The notes under the pieces are model-generated. The model saw nothing but the letters and a program-made list of their open reading frames with translations, did no database searches and was not told where the DNA came from. From IMG/VR virus record IMGVR_UViG_3300035703_000046, positions 1 through 64,000 of that record: a DNA stretch of 64,000 nucleotides, one strand, 5' to 3'. Position numbers and translations under genes: made by a program. Shown here one piece after another: positions 37,002-47,493 of this stretch (the first letter of the stretch is position 1; every line of letters begins with the position of its first letter). The DNA comes from a virus.

Positions 37002-37343
37002 TCACTTAGGTCTATATGATAGATTTTGGACTTTAACTACTCGATGCCAAGGTATAAATAAACTGATCATTTCGATCTTTTTTGATTGGGCATGTTGAAT
37101 TGCTTCTGTCCATGTTTTTATTTGACCGATTATTTTCTTATCTACTTCAAATCCTTTAAACTCAAGACCAAAATTTCCTTTATCTACCGTATGAGTAAAA
37201 AAAGTTCGTTCTTTGATTTTTGTAAAAGGATCTTCTACCGTTATTAGATGCAAATGCTTGCTAGAATTCGCATCTAATAATTTCTTATCTACTTCACTCA
37301 AAGCAGATGCTTTGATAAAAGCCGGATCTTGATCACTATTCAT
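37002..37343 (-). CDS. Hypothetical protein
   Basis: ORF track; SD AAGGA. Confidence 0.65.
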   Translation of the reverse strand: MNSDQDPAFIKASALSEVDKKLLDANSSKHLHLITVEDPFTKIKERTFFTHTVDKGNFGLEFKGFEVDKKIIGQIKTWTEAIQHAQSKKIEMISLFIPWHRVVKVQNLSYRPK

Positions 37344-37369
37344 TAATGTAAATCCTTTATTTTAAATAA

Positions 37370-38344
37370 TCAATCGTCTTCTTCTTCAAGAAGATCTCCT
37401 TCATCATTTTTCTTTCCTTTGCCAAATAAGCAAATTCCAGATGCTGATACTTCCAATTCTAATTCTGATACACAATCATCGCCATCGAAAAGATGGTTTT
37501 TCTTAACTTTGGCTCTGCTAACGATTCCATGCTTAACTTTAATGCCAGCCCTAGTCTTTGTCAAGTCAGACTTTCGTGAAAGATTTAAAATTATACTTGA
37601 AAGATATTCTAGCTGAGCACCACCTTTTTCTTTGGTACCTACCGAGCCAATATTAGCATAAACTTGATTGACTACAAGACAGGCAACTGAATGCTCTCCA
37701 GTTTCCTTGCTAAAATATCTAAACATTGTTTTATTTAGTTTTTTAACAGCCTTTGCAATATCACGAGCATCAACGCCTGGTTGATTTGAGGCTTCTTCTG
37801 TTTCCTCGGAGTCCTCTTTAGAATTCAAAGAAGCGCCTACACTATCCCAAACAATAAGAACTTTAACATTTGGATCTAGCTGTTTGGCTGCGTGAATTGT
37901 ATTAGCAACGTGCATAACTCCATCTTGAATGGAATTCGTCTGAATAACTAGAAGTTCATTTGAATTGCCGCCCATTTTTGAATCATAACGTTTTTGAGAG
38001 AATTTACCCTCTGCATCCCAAAGAACAACTAAAACTCCTTGAGCTTGAGCGTCTGCCATAAAACACATGGCATGTGTGCTTTTACCAGAATCGGGCTTGC
38101 CAGCGATTTGTATAATTTTTCCAAATGGAATACCTTTGATTCCAGTAAGTTTTTGCCAATGGTCGCCCTTTGTCCAAAGAACGAAATCAGTGTCTTTTTC
38201 TGGTCGAACAATATTTGAGCCTGAAGAAATCTGTTTAGCCAGACCTGCATCTGACTTTCCATATATCCCCCGAGCTTTATCAACTAATGCACTAATATCA
38301 AATTTTAATTTTGAAGTAGGTGAGCTGCTTTGTTTTGTTACCAT
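37370..38344 (-). CDS. recA: RecA/UvsX-like recombinase
   Basis: GIPFGKI..GKPDSGKST, DAE, VWDSV, VNQ, GG..L.Y.S, VKKNH. Confidence 0.9.
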   Translation of the reverse strand: MVTKQSSSPTSKLKFDISALVDKARGIYGKSDAGLAKQISSGSNIVRPEKDTDFVLWTKGDHWQKLTGIKGIPFGKIIQIAGKPDSGKSTHAMCFMADAQAQGVLVVLWDAEGKFSQKRYDSKMGGNSNELLVIQTNSIQDGVMHVANTIHAAKQLDPNVKVLIVWDSVGASLNSKEDSEETEEASNQPGVDARDIAKAVKKLNKTMFRYFSKETGEHSVACLVVNQVYANIGSVGTKEKGGAQLEYLSSIILNLSRKSDLTKTRAGIKVKHGIVSRAKVKKNHLFDGDDCVSELELEVSASGICLFGKGKKNDEGDLLEEEDD

Positions 38345-38384
38345 GATTTTTTCTCCTTTTGATGCTTTTTAGCCTGCTGGCGCA

Positions 38385-38798
38385 TCATTGCGTTTTGTTT
38401 AGGTTTCTAAAAAAGATATGAGAATCTTTTAAAGTGTTAAAAATATACTGCCACTTTTTAAACTCTTTATGAGCAACTGCTGAGTTTGATTTGGCTTCTT
38501 TTACTTCTTGTTTACTATTAATTAGTTCTTTAACCTGAGCTTCAGTAATTTTTTTACTTGGCTCTTTGTTTTCTGCCCTAATATTAGTAGCTACTTCGGC
38601 TTCTAAAAAGTCCAAATCATTTTCTCGTTGTTTTACTTCAAATTCAGCGGCAGATAAAATATCTGCTAACAAAATCTGAGCTTCTAAAGAGGCAGCCGCA
38701 ACGACATCAGATTTTACAGTGTCAAATGTGCCAGACTGAACGGCTTGTACTTGATTTAATACAAATTCCACTAAATTTTCAATGCTTCTGTTTTCCAT
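38385..38798 (-). CDS. UvsY-like recombination mediator (putative)
   Basis: Helical 137-aa protein with KKITEAQVKELI, directly upstream of the recombinase. Confidence 0.45.
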   Translation of the reverse strand: MENRSIENLVEFVLNQVQAVQSGTFDTVKSDVVAAASLEAQILLADILSAAEFEVKQRENDLDFLEAEVATNIRAENKEPSKKITEAQVKELINSKQEVKEAKSNSAVAHKEFKKWQYIFNTLKDSHIFFRNLNKTQ

Positions 38799-38807
38799 AA
38801 ACTTCCT

Positions 38808-39134
38808 TTATTTTTTTAATTCTGAAATAACTGTTTTCGCCTCATCAATAACTCGACGAGCGTCTTCCATTAAAAGATCGAATTGCTGCGTGCTTTGACG
38901 CAAATGCTGATGAACCATTATGGATATTAAAAATAAAAATACCTCCATGCTGGCATAAGGCTTGTTTGATGGTTTTAAAAAAATAATTAAACCATCATCA
39001 TTTGTTTCAAACAAGCCTTTGAACAAATCTTTTCCCTGAAAAGTAGGGGTATCATATGCTTTACATATTTCTTGGTAAAGTAAAAATTCGGAGTCTGTTA
39101 AATCTACTTTTTTATTGTCTATAATTCTTAACAT
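38808..39134 (-). CDS. Hypothetical protein
   Basis: ORF track; translationally coupled to its neighbour. Confidence 0.65.
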   Translation of the reverse strand: MLRIIDNKKVDLTDSEFLLYQEICKAYDTPTFQGKDLFKGLFETNDDGLIIFLKPSNKPYASMEVFLFLISIMVHQHLRQSTQQFDLLMEDARRVIDEAKTVISELKK

Positions 39135-39817
39135 TATCTTTTAAATCCTCCGCCACCAGATAACATATTTTCTTGTCTCTGAAGGCGGTCCATTCTTTCA
39201 CTTTCTAAAATGTTATCAGCAACAGAACTACCAGATTTCATAACCAAAGATTTTAACTCGTTCATTTCCTGGCGACCTAAAGGTCGTCCTGGAACTATGA
39301 GTTCTTCATTGCCAAATTTGGCATTCATTTCTTTTGCAGCCACAAAATCATCTTCTGTTGGACTTGCCATATCATCACCCATTTCTACTTCATCGTCAAG
39401 TCCATACATGTTTTGTTCAAGATTATTATTGATTTGATCAACTAAAGCACTGTAATCTTTTGATAATTTAGCCTTGGTCTGTGGGCTAACACCAGCTCTT
39501 TGAAAGAATTCATTAGTTTTTTCAGGAGATGCAGCTTTGATTTTAGGTTCTTTATTTTTAACTTCACCTGTTGTAGCTCCATAAAATTTTTCAACAGGTG
39601 TAACTGTTCCAATTTTTGATAGCTTATAGTTATCTAAAAGCCATCCAGTTAGACCTACAGGATCGTTAGGCATGCGTAACATTGCCTCTTTTAATTCATT
39701 ATACAGGTCTTTCATTTCGTCATCATAAATTGCTCCGCCACATCCAGGACAAGAATTATTTGCAATAGCGTGTACATATTGAGGCGAAATTTCAGCATTA
39801 CAATTCATACATTTCAT
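39134..39817 (-). CDS. Zinc-ribbon protein
   Basis: Start revised to MKCMNC (SD GGAG); CPGC. Confidence 0.7.
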   Translation of the reverse strand: MKCMNCNAEISPQYVHAIANNSCPGCGGAIYDDEMKDLYNELKEAMLRMPNDPVGLTGWLLDNYKLSKIGTVTPVEKFYGATTGEVKNKEPKIKAASPEKTNEFFQRAGVSPQTKAKLSKDYSALVDQINNNLEQNMYGLDDEVEMGDDMASPTEDDFVAAKEMNAKFGNEELIVPGRPLGRQEMNELKSLVMKSGSSVADNILESERMDRLQRQENMLSGGGGFKR

Positions 39818-39829
39818 ATTAATCTCCAA

Positions 39830-42800
39830 TTAATCTTCAATTGATTCAGGTGCCTGATACTCCGATAATTCATCTATATCTAAAGGATCATTTTTTTCTG
39901 CATCAGGATTTTCTACAATTCCATTTTCCTCTAATTCCTCATTAGCTTCTTCTAAAAATTCCATTAGAGTATTTGATTTTTTCTTTTTAGAATTTGCAAT
40001 CTTTAAAGTTACCTTTTGAGGCTTCAACTGATCTTTAGATGGCTTTTGAGGAAGACCAGCAATTTTTCTAACTTGTTTTAATATTAAGCTTGGCGTTCCT
40101 TCATACCAGTTTAAAGCACCGGCAAAATTAATAGCTACACCTGGCTCAATAACAAATTTAGATCCCATAGTTTTCTTGATGTCTTTTTTGAACTTCTCCA
40201 AATCATCCGAAAACAATGTCATTCCAATAGAATTTCCATATGGGTCTCGAATAGACATTTTGCCCATTTCTCTACCAAAATTTTTAGAAGTTTCTTTTTT
40301 AATTTTAAAAGTAAAGAAATTTTCAATAATTCCTTGAAGATATCCATAAGTAGATGGAATTTCTACACCAAAGCTATCATCCTCTTTGTCTGGAAAATCT
40401 TTGATTAATTTTGCAAAATTAACAGCGGACTTGTCAAAAAAGCCTGGGTAAATATCAAAAGAACTTCCAGTCAATCCTTCGCCTAAGAAAAATATTTCAA
40501 AAGCATGTTTTTCTGGAATAGTAAAATCTCCTACCTCTGGGAATGGATAGTTAAATGGCTGAGAAATATCATCTGCCCTGGAAAGATATAAGGACAATTT
40601 TTTCCTGTAATCAGCGGCATAAAGATACATTTGTTTCCTGCTCATACCAAAGCAATCAAAACAGCCAGAGCCAATAAGGGCATAAACGCTATTGATCTTA
40701 ACTTTTCTAGCACTAACTTTTCTCATAAAATCTTCAAAAGAAGTATATGGACGATGAGTAATAATTTCTGGAATTGCATCATCACTCATGAATTTCAGTG
40801 AGTCAAAACCGGTTAAAAGAGTATCATCATCAATAATGTTGTAAGTCATTTCTGACTTATTAATATCTGGAGGTAGTACTTTTACACCTGAAGCACGAAG
40901 TTCTTGTTTAATTTTAAGAATGTTATCAGGAGCATTCTTGGCGTTGGAATTAGCTTCGGCAATTAAGTTGGCTGCAAGAAACTCTAATGGATAGTGAGCT
41001 TTTAGATATGCTGTTTTGAATCCTAAGAAAGAATAAAATACAGCGTGGGACAAATTAAAACCATATCCGGAAAATTTAGAAATTACATCATCCCACACTG
41101 TAGTAGCAATACCTGCAGGTATATTGTTAGCCTCAGATCTTTCAATAAAATTTTTTCTTAGTTTAGCTGCTTTTTCTGGATTCTTGCCTTTTTCCTTTGT
41201 TAGCTTTCTAAGAGCATCTGCTTCATTAAGCGTCCATCCTGCAACGTCTTGAGCAAGGAACATAAGAGATTCCTCAAACAAACCAAATCCATAAGTGAAT
41301 CCAAAGGCTCTTTCTAATGAACTATGTAGTAGTTCCATTGGCTTTTCACCATTTCTAACTTTGGCAAAGTCATCTCGAATGTCTGCTGTAGCAGGTCGAG
41401 CCAAAGCATTGATAAGAGCCAAATCAAGAATAGATTTGGGCTTGATCTTTCTGCAAAGATCCATTGTTCCACCAGAAGTTCCTAGCTGGAAGACAGCAAA
41501 TGTATTTCCAGATGAAATCAAATCATAAGTTTTTTCATCATACATTTCAAAGTCGAAAGGCTCTTTGGGAAGAGGTTTTCCTTGTTTTTTAATCAATTCA
41601 AGACAATCATCGATAATATCCAAAGTCTCAAGACCAAGAATATCCATCTTGACTAAACCATTGGCTTCGGCTCGCTCTTTTTCATATTCAAGAACGATAA
41701 AGCCTTCTTTATCTACACGAAGAGGAACGACTTCTTCAAGTTTACGTTTGCCAATAACCAATCCAGCAGCGTGTTTAGAAAATGCTGCAAAAGTATTCCC
41801 TAGCTTCTTGGAGTGCTTGTATAGCTGAGGATGAACCTTTGTATATTCGGCGTATAGCGGCGCATTATCCATAAGCTCGGAAACTTTATGTACTTCATCT
41901 GGAATTGCGGCTGCAATTTCATTTCCTACTTTAACAGCGGATTTGAAATCTCCTCCAAACTTATAAACCCTAGAAATAGCTCTAGCATATGGTTTTGGAG
42001 TTAATTCCATATAGTTGGCGATCTGGGCAACGTATTCATTTCCATATTTTTTATAAATATATTCTAGTACTTTTTCACGATTGCGTTTAGAAAAATCCAA
42101 ATCGATATCAGGCATAGCTGCCTTTTCTCGATTTTGAAATCGTTCAAAGATAAGATTATATTTTAGAGGGTCAGCTTCGTGAATTCTAGCTAAATAAGCA
42201 ATTAAGCTTCCGCCTGCACTTCCACGACCATAACCAGTAGAAATATTATTCTTACGACAAAAATCCAAAATATCAGCTACAATAAGCATATAGCTATTGA
42301 ATTTCTTGCCTGCAATAACTTCAAACTCATCTTCAATTCTGGCTTTATAAGCATCTAGATTGGGCATTTTAGCCCGAGATTCTAGATTTGAATACACGAG
42401 ATATCGAAGATATGCTTCATCTTCTGGGCATTCTTTTTCAAGATGCTCATGTTTCCAGACAAGAAATTTCTTATAATCAGGCTGATTCTTAACTGGAAAA
42501 TCAGGAAGCTCTCGTTTTGATGGATTAGTAAAGGCAGGATCAATCCAGTTAGGAAATTCACATTTTTCAGCAAAATACAAAGTATTATCAGCCCATTCTT
42601 CTGCCTTATCTTTATAAAGACGAGAGAAAAATGAAACCACTTCATCTCGGGATTTCATATAAAACTCCGAATGAATTGAATCTTCGCTGGTATTGTAATA
42701 CCTTAATCTATTATTTGATTCTACTGGCTGACCAGAACCAATTGCCAGAGCAACATCATGAGTCTCTGCATCTTCTTTGTATAGATAGTGGGCATCTGTA

Positions 42801-43441
42801 GAAATAATGACTTTAACATCAAATTCTTTGCCAATTTTGATTAAGATATTATTGACCAAGGTTTGATCAATATAGTCGTTCATGGAACTGACTTGGCGTT
42901 TTAGTGCATGAGGCTGAATTTCAAACGCAAGATCATCTCCAAAAATTTCTTTTAGTTTTCTTGCCTGTTGTTTAGCGGTTTCAATTTGACGAGTATTAAT
43001 AAGCTGACCCAAAATTCCACCACTACAAGCGGTGGTGCAAATAAGATCGCCAGAATATTTTTCTAGCAAAGACCAATCAATTCTTGGATGAGTTTTTTTA
43101 AAAGCAATTACGCTATGATTGTTAGCTTCTCGGTGTAATTTTAATAGATTTTTATATCCATTATAGTTCTTGGCACAAAGGATAACATGTCGCCAACGAT
43201 CATTTTTTGTAGAAGCGGATAGGTCATCTACAAAATTAAATTCACAACCCATAATTAGCTTGACTCCAGTTTCTTTGCTTGCAGCCAAAGAATCATGAGC
43301 AGAGGCTAAAGTAGCATGATCAGTAACAGCAATTGCTGACTGTCCTAGCTCTTTAGCTCTATAAAAAAGATCCCTAGGTTTAATTAGGGAATCTAGAAGC
43401 GAAAATGTTGTATGGTTGTGAAATGAAACGTAATCTTTCAT
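39830..43441 (-). CDS. dnaE: DNA polymerase III alpha subunit
   Basis: PHP domain HNHTTFSLLD..TDH; GRGSAGGS; PDIDLD; KMDILGL; YGFNLSHA; YLKAHYP; OB fold. Confidence 0.97.
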   Translation of the reverse strand: MKDYVSFHNHTTFSLLDSLIKPRDLFYRAKELGQSAIAVTDHATLASAHDSLAASKETGVKLIMGCEFNFVDDLSASTKNDRWRHVILCAKNYNGYKNLLKLHREANNHSVIAFKKTHPRIDWSLLEKYSGDLICTTACSGGILGQLINTRQIETAKQQARKLKEIFGDDLAFEIQPHALKRQVSSMNDYIDQTLVNNILIKIGKEFDVKVIISTDAHYLYKEDAETHDVALAIGSGQPVESNNRLRYYNTSEDSIHSEFYMKSRDEVVSFFSRLYKDKAEEWADNTLYFAEKCEFPNWIDPAFTNPSKRELPDFPVKNQPDYKKFLVWKHEHLEKECPEDEAYLRYLVYSNLESRAKMPNLDAYKARIEDEFEVIAGKKFNSYMLIVADILDFCRKNNISTGYGRGSAGGSLIAYLARIHEADPLKYNLIFERFQNREKAAMPDIDLDFSKRNREKVLEYIYKKYGNEYVAQIANYMELTPKPYARAISRVYKFGGDFKSAVKVGNEIAAAIPDEVHKVSELMDNAPLYAEYTKVHPQLYKHSKKLGNTFAAFSKHAAGLVIGKRKLEEVVPLRVDKEGFIVLEYEKERAEANGLVKMDILGLETLDIIDDCLELIKKQGKPLPKEPFDFEMYDEKTYDLISSGNTFAVFQLGTSGGTMDLCRKIKPKSILDLALINALARPATADIRDDFAKVRNGEKPMELLHSSLERAFGFTYGFGLFEESLMFLAQDVAGWTLNEADALRKLTKEKGKNPEKAAKLRKNFIERSEANNIPAGIATTVWDDVISKFSGYGFNLSHAVFYSFLGFKTAYLKAHYPLEFLAANLIAEANSNAKNAPDNILKIKQELRASGVKVLPPDINKSEMTYNIIDDDTLLTGFDSLKFMSDDAIPEIITHRPYTSFEDFMRKVSARKVKINSVYALIGSGCFDCFGMSRKQMYLYAADYRKKLSLYLSRADDISQPFNYPFPEVGDFTIPEKHAFEIFFLGEGLTGSSFDIYPGFFDKSAVNFAKLIKDFPDKEDDSFGVEIPSTYGYLQGIIENFFTFKIKKETSKNFGREMGKMSIRDPYGNSIGMTLFSDDLEKFKKDIKKTMGSKFVIEPGVAINFAGALNWYEGTPSLILKQVRKIAGLPQKPSKDQLKPQKVTLKIANSKKKKSNTLMEFLEEANEELEENGIVENPDAEKNDPLDIDELSEYQAPESIED

Positions 43442-43719
43442 TTTAAGATAGCTTCCTCCAATAACTGAGAAAATTCTGGAATCAGATCGCTGCCATTTGC
43501 AGAGATTTTTAAGTTTATTTTATTTGTTCCAAAAGAAGCAGTGGCTACTAGCCCGCCTTTTTGAGCGTAAAAAATACCTGCATTAAAAAAATTATCAGGT
43601 ATGACGTACCCAGCTTGTTTGAATACGTCAACCTGATATTTTCTTAATGGCTTGCTAACTTCTAATATTGTAGTTGAACTTCCGCAACAGGACTTTACTA
43701 CATATTGTCTAACAGCCAT
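43438..43719 (-). CDS. Hypothetical protein
   Basis: ORF track; SD AAGGA; SCCG motif. Confidence 0.65.
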   Translation of the reverse strand: MAVRQYVVKSCCGSSTTILEVSKPLRKYQVDVFKQAGYVIPDNFFNAGIFYAQKGGLVATASFGTNKINLKISANGSDLIPEFSQLLEEAILK

Positions 43720-43732
43720 CTATTTCCTTTAA

Positions 43733-44014
43733 TCACTTACCGCGTTGTTCTAGATTCCAAACTAGGAATTTAATCATAATCTGATGTTCTTTGATTGGAA
43801 TTGTGTATGTTTCTTTAAGTTCTTTAACTAGCTGCTTTGCGGCTGCTAGCTTTTCGTCCTTGTCCATGTCTTGTTCAAACTGACTAATCCCTTTCTCTAC
43901 TTCGATAATTCGTTCTTTAACTTCATCATCGGACATAGATCCGACTGAATCTTTAATAGATTCGGGCAGTTTGTTTAACCATTTTGTTGGAAAATCATTT
44001 TTTTCTTCTGACAT
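43733..44014 (-). CDS. Hypothetical coiled-coil protein
   Basis: ORF track; SD AAGGAG. Confidence 0.7.
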   Translation of the reverse strand: MSEEKNDFPTKWLNKLPESIKDSVGSMSDDEVKERIIEVEKGISQFEQDMDKDEKLAAAKQLVKELKETYTIPIKEHQIMIKFLVWNLEQRGK

Positions 44015-44028
44015 AATCTCTCCTTAAA

Positions 44029-45270
44029 TCATTCAATAATAGTAGAATTTTTAATTACCCACTCAACTGTAGCCGAATCTCTCATGTTGGCAACAATGCC
44101 AAAAATTGATCCGTCTTCAGTAGCTTTTTTAATAAAATCATCTGGATTTCCTCCTGTACCAGAAACTTTCATGCGAAGAGAATTTAAAAGCTCTCTTTCA
44201 GAGAAAGATGCATCTGGCTCTGCTTCTCGGATCGAATCTAGAATCAAGCTTAGTTTAACAGCTCTCTCGGCTTCTGTAAAGAGGCGAGATTTCGTTTCAG
44301 GTGGCATTGTTTTTAAATCCATGCCTCTATTTCTAGCGACATTTTGAGCTTCCATTTCCACTAACCAACTAGGAACATTGATCTCATTATGCTCAAGTAA
44401 TCTTACTAAAACTTGATTGGTAAGATCATTTCTTTCTTTTTGCTGAGACTGGCTCATTACGACTGAGCTTGCATAAGACTCTAGCTTTTCATAGGTAGGA
44501 AAGCCAACTTTCTGAGCAAATGCATCATCTAGTGCGGCTAGGTCGGTTCTCATGCCCATGTGCAAAGTAACGGTAAAATCAACCACTTTATTTTTAAGCG
44601 ATTCTAGAGGAGTGTCTTCATCCATTGAAACTTTAAAGTTTTTTGTTTCATCTGGAACCATGCCTAAAAGATTTTCATCTAGTTTTGAGAACTGACCAAC
44701 GTTATAAACCAAGCCTTCTTGAGTAAGCTCTGAAACTACCTGTCCCTCAGATTCTACCTTAATGTCTAAGGTGATTTTATCGCCTTGCTGGACAAAATCA
44801 CCTTCACCGTAAGGTCGTGACTCTCCATGCTTTACTCGGAGATTTTGGATCATTTTAGCTACTAGCTCTGTGACGGGCTCTGAGGCGGGTTTTGGAATGC
44901 TAAACCCTTTATATTCTTTTAATTCAACGTCAGGCTTTTTCCAGACCATCATTTCACAATAGAATTGATCTTTATCAAAAGATTGCGATGTAACCTGGGG
45001 ATAAAACATAGTTTTAATTTTGTGCTCAAATAGCAAATCATTATAAGCCTCAGAAACTAAATCTTTGGCAGCTAAAGAATCAATTGTTGATTTCATTTGC
45101 AACTCAATGGCTTGAGTTGGGGCTGCTCCGGGTCGAAATCCTTTAACAGGAACTTTTTCTTTTTTAATTCTGTCAACGACTCTTAATCGAGCTGCTTTAA
45201 CCTTTTCGGGCTCAGCAACATAATGAACATTTAATTTACATAAATCAACTTCTTGCACTTGAATAGTCAT
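44029..45270 (-). CDS. tig: Trigger factor (ribosome-associated chaperone, full length)
   Basis: Ribosome-binding signature VKGFRPGAAP; FKBP-like middle (GDKITLD..LLGM); C-domain LDDAFA..VPSWLV..AERAVKLSLILDSI. Confidence 0.9.
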   Translation of the reverse strand: MTIQVQEVDLCKLNVHYVAEPEKVKAARLRVVDRIKKEKVPVKGFRPGAAPTQAIELQMKSTIDSLAAKDLVSEAYNDLLFEHKIKTMFYPQVTSQSFDKDQFYCEMMVWKKPDVELKEYKGFSIPKPASEPVTELVAKMIQNLRVKHGESRPYGEGDFVQQGDKITLDIKVESEGQVVSELTQEGLVYNVGQFSKLDENLLGMVPDETKNFKVSMDEDTPLESLKNKVVDFTVTLHMGMRTDLAALDDAFAQKVGFPTYEKLESYASSVVMSQSQQKERNDLTNQVLVRLLEHNEINVPSWLVEMEAQNVARNRGMDLKTMPPETKSRLFTEAERAVKLSLILDSIREAEPDASFSERELLNSLRMKVSGTGGNPDDFIKKATEDGSIFGIVANMRDSATVEWVIKNSTIIE

Positions 45271-45289
45271 ACTAACTTACCTTTCAATA

Positions 45290-46165
45290 TTATTTGTCAA
45301 ACCAATTCACAGAACTGTAATATAGAGTATTATCTTTCTCGACAGGTGTAATTTTTGTTTGTTTGGGAGCGATGGAGCCTAAAAATTTAGCCCCATCGTG
45401 ACAGTTTTCTAAATAATCACAATAATCACACAATCTACTTGGGCTAGGTTTAAATGCGGCTTCAGTTCTAATTAAAGCTGCTTTTTCTAGATAATAATCT
45501 TCCACTTCTTTTACATCGTCAAGAGTAAATTCTTTAACAATTTCTTTAAATCCCATTTTTGCCATAATGTAAGATGTTCTAACTTTTTTCAAAGACGGGT
45601 CAGTTAAAAACATTACGTAGGCATAAGTCTTTAATTGAAAAAAATCATTCTTTAAATAAGAATCATTCTTAGATGTTTTATAGTCAGCAACATGAAGAAT
45701 CTTATCTTGATCTAATTGAATTTTATCAATAAATCCATTTAGTAATATTGTATTATCAATATTTACATTAAACTCTTTTTCTGCTGCTAAGAAGTCAGAT
45801 AATGTATTATTTTTTCTTTTTTCTGAAATGTTTTTTAAATAAGTGAAGCAAAGCTCCCAAATTTCTTTATTTTTTTCTTGAGATAGCTTAGATTCATATG
45901 CTTTTTTAGCCTTAGAATAAGAATCTTTCATTATTAGATTTAAGGGCTGATCGGGGTTTTCATTGTATTGTAAATGAAAATATTCTAAAACTGCATGTAA
46001 AAATTTTCCAAAAGAATGAAACTCCCATTCTTTTTTAGGGAGCTTATCTATATAAGAAAATTTAAATTTGGTCTTACAATCTTCAAATGTTTTTAATTTA
46101 CTAACGCTAAGATTAAGAATTTCTTTGTTTTTTTCAGGTCTGCTATCAAGCAAAATGCCTTTCAT
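45290..46165 (-). CDS. PD-(D/E)XK nuclease, AddB/Cas4-like with an Fe-S staple
   Basis: LSVSKL..C; G..LH; GFIDKI; DYKT; QLKTY; CDYC-x5-C. Confidence 0.85.
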   Translation of the reverse strand: MKGILLDSRPEKNKEILNLSVSKLKTFEDCKTKFKFSYIDKLPKKEWEFHSFGKFLHAVLEYFHLQYNENPDQPLNLIMKDSYSKAKKAYESKLSQEKNKEIWELCFTYLKNISEKRKNNTLSDFLAAEKEFNVNIDNTILLNGFIDKIQLDQDKILHVADYKTSKNDSYLKNDFFQLKTYAYVMFLTDPSLKKVRTSYIMAKMGFKEIVKEFTLDDVKEVEDYYLEKAALIRTEAAFKPSPSRLCDYCDYLENCHDGAKFLGSIAPKQTKITPVEKDNTLYYSSVNWFDK

Positions 46166-47124
46166 ATAATCCTGCTCCTAAAGAAAGGATACCATTTAAA
46201 TACCAATCCGACTCCAGAAGTTCGGCTTACTGGAATTACATTTGAATAATTGGTAGATACAGTTGGTAAGAATTTTTCTTTTGAAATAATCCATCGTAAC
46301 GAAGACGAATCGAAATAATAATAAGTTATTGTAGAGTCTTTGGGGTTGAAGTGCTGACGTAATGCAGAGCCGGTGCTTTGTAAAGTTCCTGGATTATAAT
46401 AATATTGAGCACCATTGTTAGCAATTTCAGGATTAATTAAAGTAAATGACCCCCTATTAATCATTGAAATGTCTTGATTTGCCGTATCGGAAAAAGATTG
46501 AAAAATTACTTTAGCTTTTGGATTAAAAAATTTATCATTAACTGAAGTTTGGTCTGGTATTGGATCGGGTAATCGAATAGTAGAATAAGAAACGGTGCCA
46601 ATTCCTCGACCGACATTTCCTTTTCCATCAGTTTCAGAATAAATAAAATCTAATCTTGTAGCAGTTTGATCTATAGATCCCACCGCATTTCCAGCTGCAT
46701 CATACCCATCTAAAATATTAGGAATTGCAGAGTCATCAATAATAAGACCCGCAGCAGGTCCAAATGTAGGACTAATATCTTGTAACATGTCTCCAAATGG
46801 AGAATAGTTAGTCCCTGTACGATATTGATTGTAATTAGTTACAATAGAAGATCCTGGATCTAACCCAACAAATGAAGACCCATAAGTTTGAGAAAAAATA
46901 GCTGAATTTTCTATTCCATTGGTGGCAAAGATTTTTACTGTAACTTTACTGAAGTTGGAAGGCAAATTAATTTGATCAATATAAATATTTGAATTTATAT
47001 CAGGGGCAGAGCCATCCAAGGTGTAAAATATACTAGCGGGAACGTTAGTTTCTACAGTAAGAAATGAAGGAATCCCTGCAATTTTTTCTAAATCAGATTC
47101 TGTAATAATTAAACTTATAGCCAT
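46162..47124 (-). CDS. Protein with an N-terminal Fn3-associated/chitobiase-C-like domain (possible virion protein)
   Basis: IFYTLDGSAPD..S..Y...VKIFA. Confidence 0.6.
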   Translation of the reverse strand: MAISLIITESDLEKIAGIPSFLTVETNVPASIFYTLDGSAPDINSNIYIDQINLPSNFSKVTVKIFATNGIENSAIFSQTYGSSFVGLDPGSSIVTNYNQYRTGTNYSPFGDMLQDISPTFGPAAGLIIDDSAIPNILDGYDAAGNAVGSIDQTATRLDFIYSETDGKGNVGRGIGTVSYSTIRLPDPIPDQTSVNDKFFNPKAKVIFQSFSDTANQDISMINRGSFTLINPEIANNGAQYYYNPGTLQSTGSALRQHFNPKDSTITYYYFDSSSLRWIISKEKFLPTVSTNYSNVIPVSRTSGVGLVFKWYPFFRSRII

Positions 47125-47450
47125 TATTTTACCAATAAATTAAGAAACTTTTTAGTATTCATTGTTTTTTTAGGATTAATCATAAATCCATGCCTATATA
47201 CGGCATGACCTACTCTTCTTAAAATTTTTCCTAAAGTAAAATAATGTTCTTCTCCAGTAGTCCTATATAAAGAAAAAAAATCTTCCGAAGTTTCAATAAA
47301 TTCTTTTTCTAAATCTGGATTGTCCTGAAGTCTTGTAAGAGAGTTCTTCTTTAAAAAAAGAAACAAGCCATCCTCGCCATCCTTGGCAAGGATGTCTCGG
47401 CAAGTTTTAGAAATCTCCTCTAAGTTCCTTTTTGTAGCCATGTTTCGCAT
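47124..47450 (-). CDS. Hypothetical protein
   Basis: ORF track. Confidence 0.65.
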   Translation of the reverse strand: MRNMATKRNLEEISKTCRDILAKDGEDGLFLFLKKNSLTRLQDNPDLEKEFIETSEDFFSLYRTTGEEHYFTLGKILRRVGHAVYRHGFMINPKKTMNTKKFLNLLVK

Positions 47451-47493
47451 AGTGGTCTTGCATAATGGGTTCCTATAGTTATATATCTTATCT

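Noticed and set aside
9816-42645. Same-strand nested ORFs (9816, 28510, 36530, 38029, 42382)
   Set aside because: They are alternative frames inside well-supported genes with no independent evidence.
39830-43441. Intein or intron in dnaE, terL or recA
   Set aside because: Lengths are normal and no C...HN-C/S/T splice motifs or interruptions were seen.
45290-46165. Cas4-like nuclease as a sign of CRISPR-Cas
   Set aside because: No repeat-spacer array or other cas genes were seen; solo Cas4/AddB-like nucleases are common in phages.
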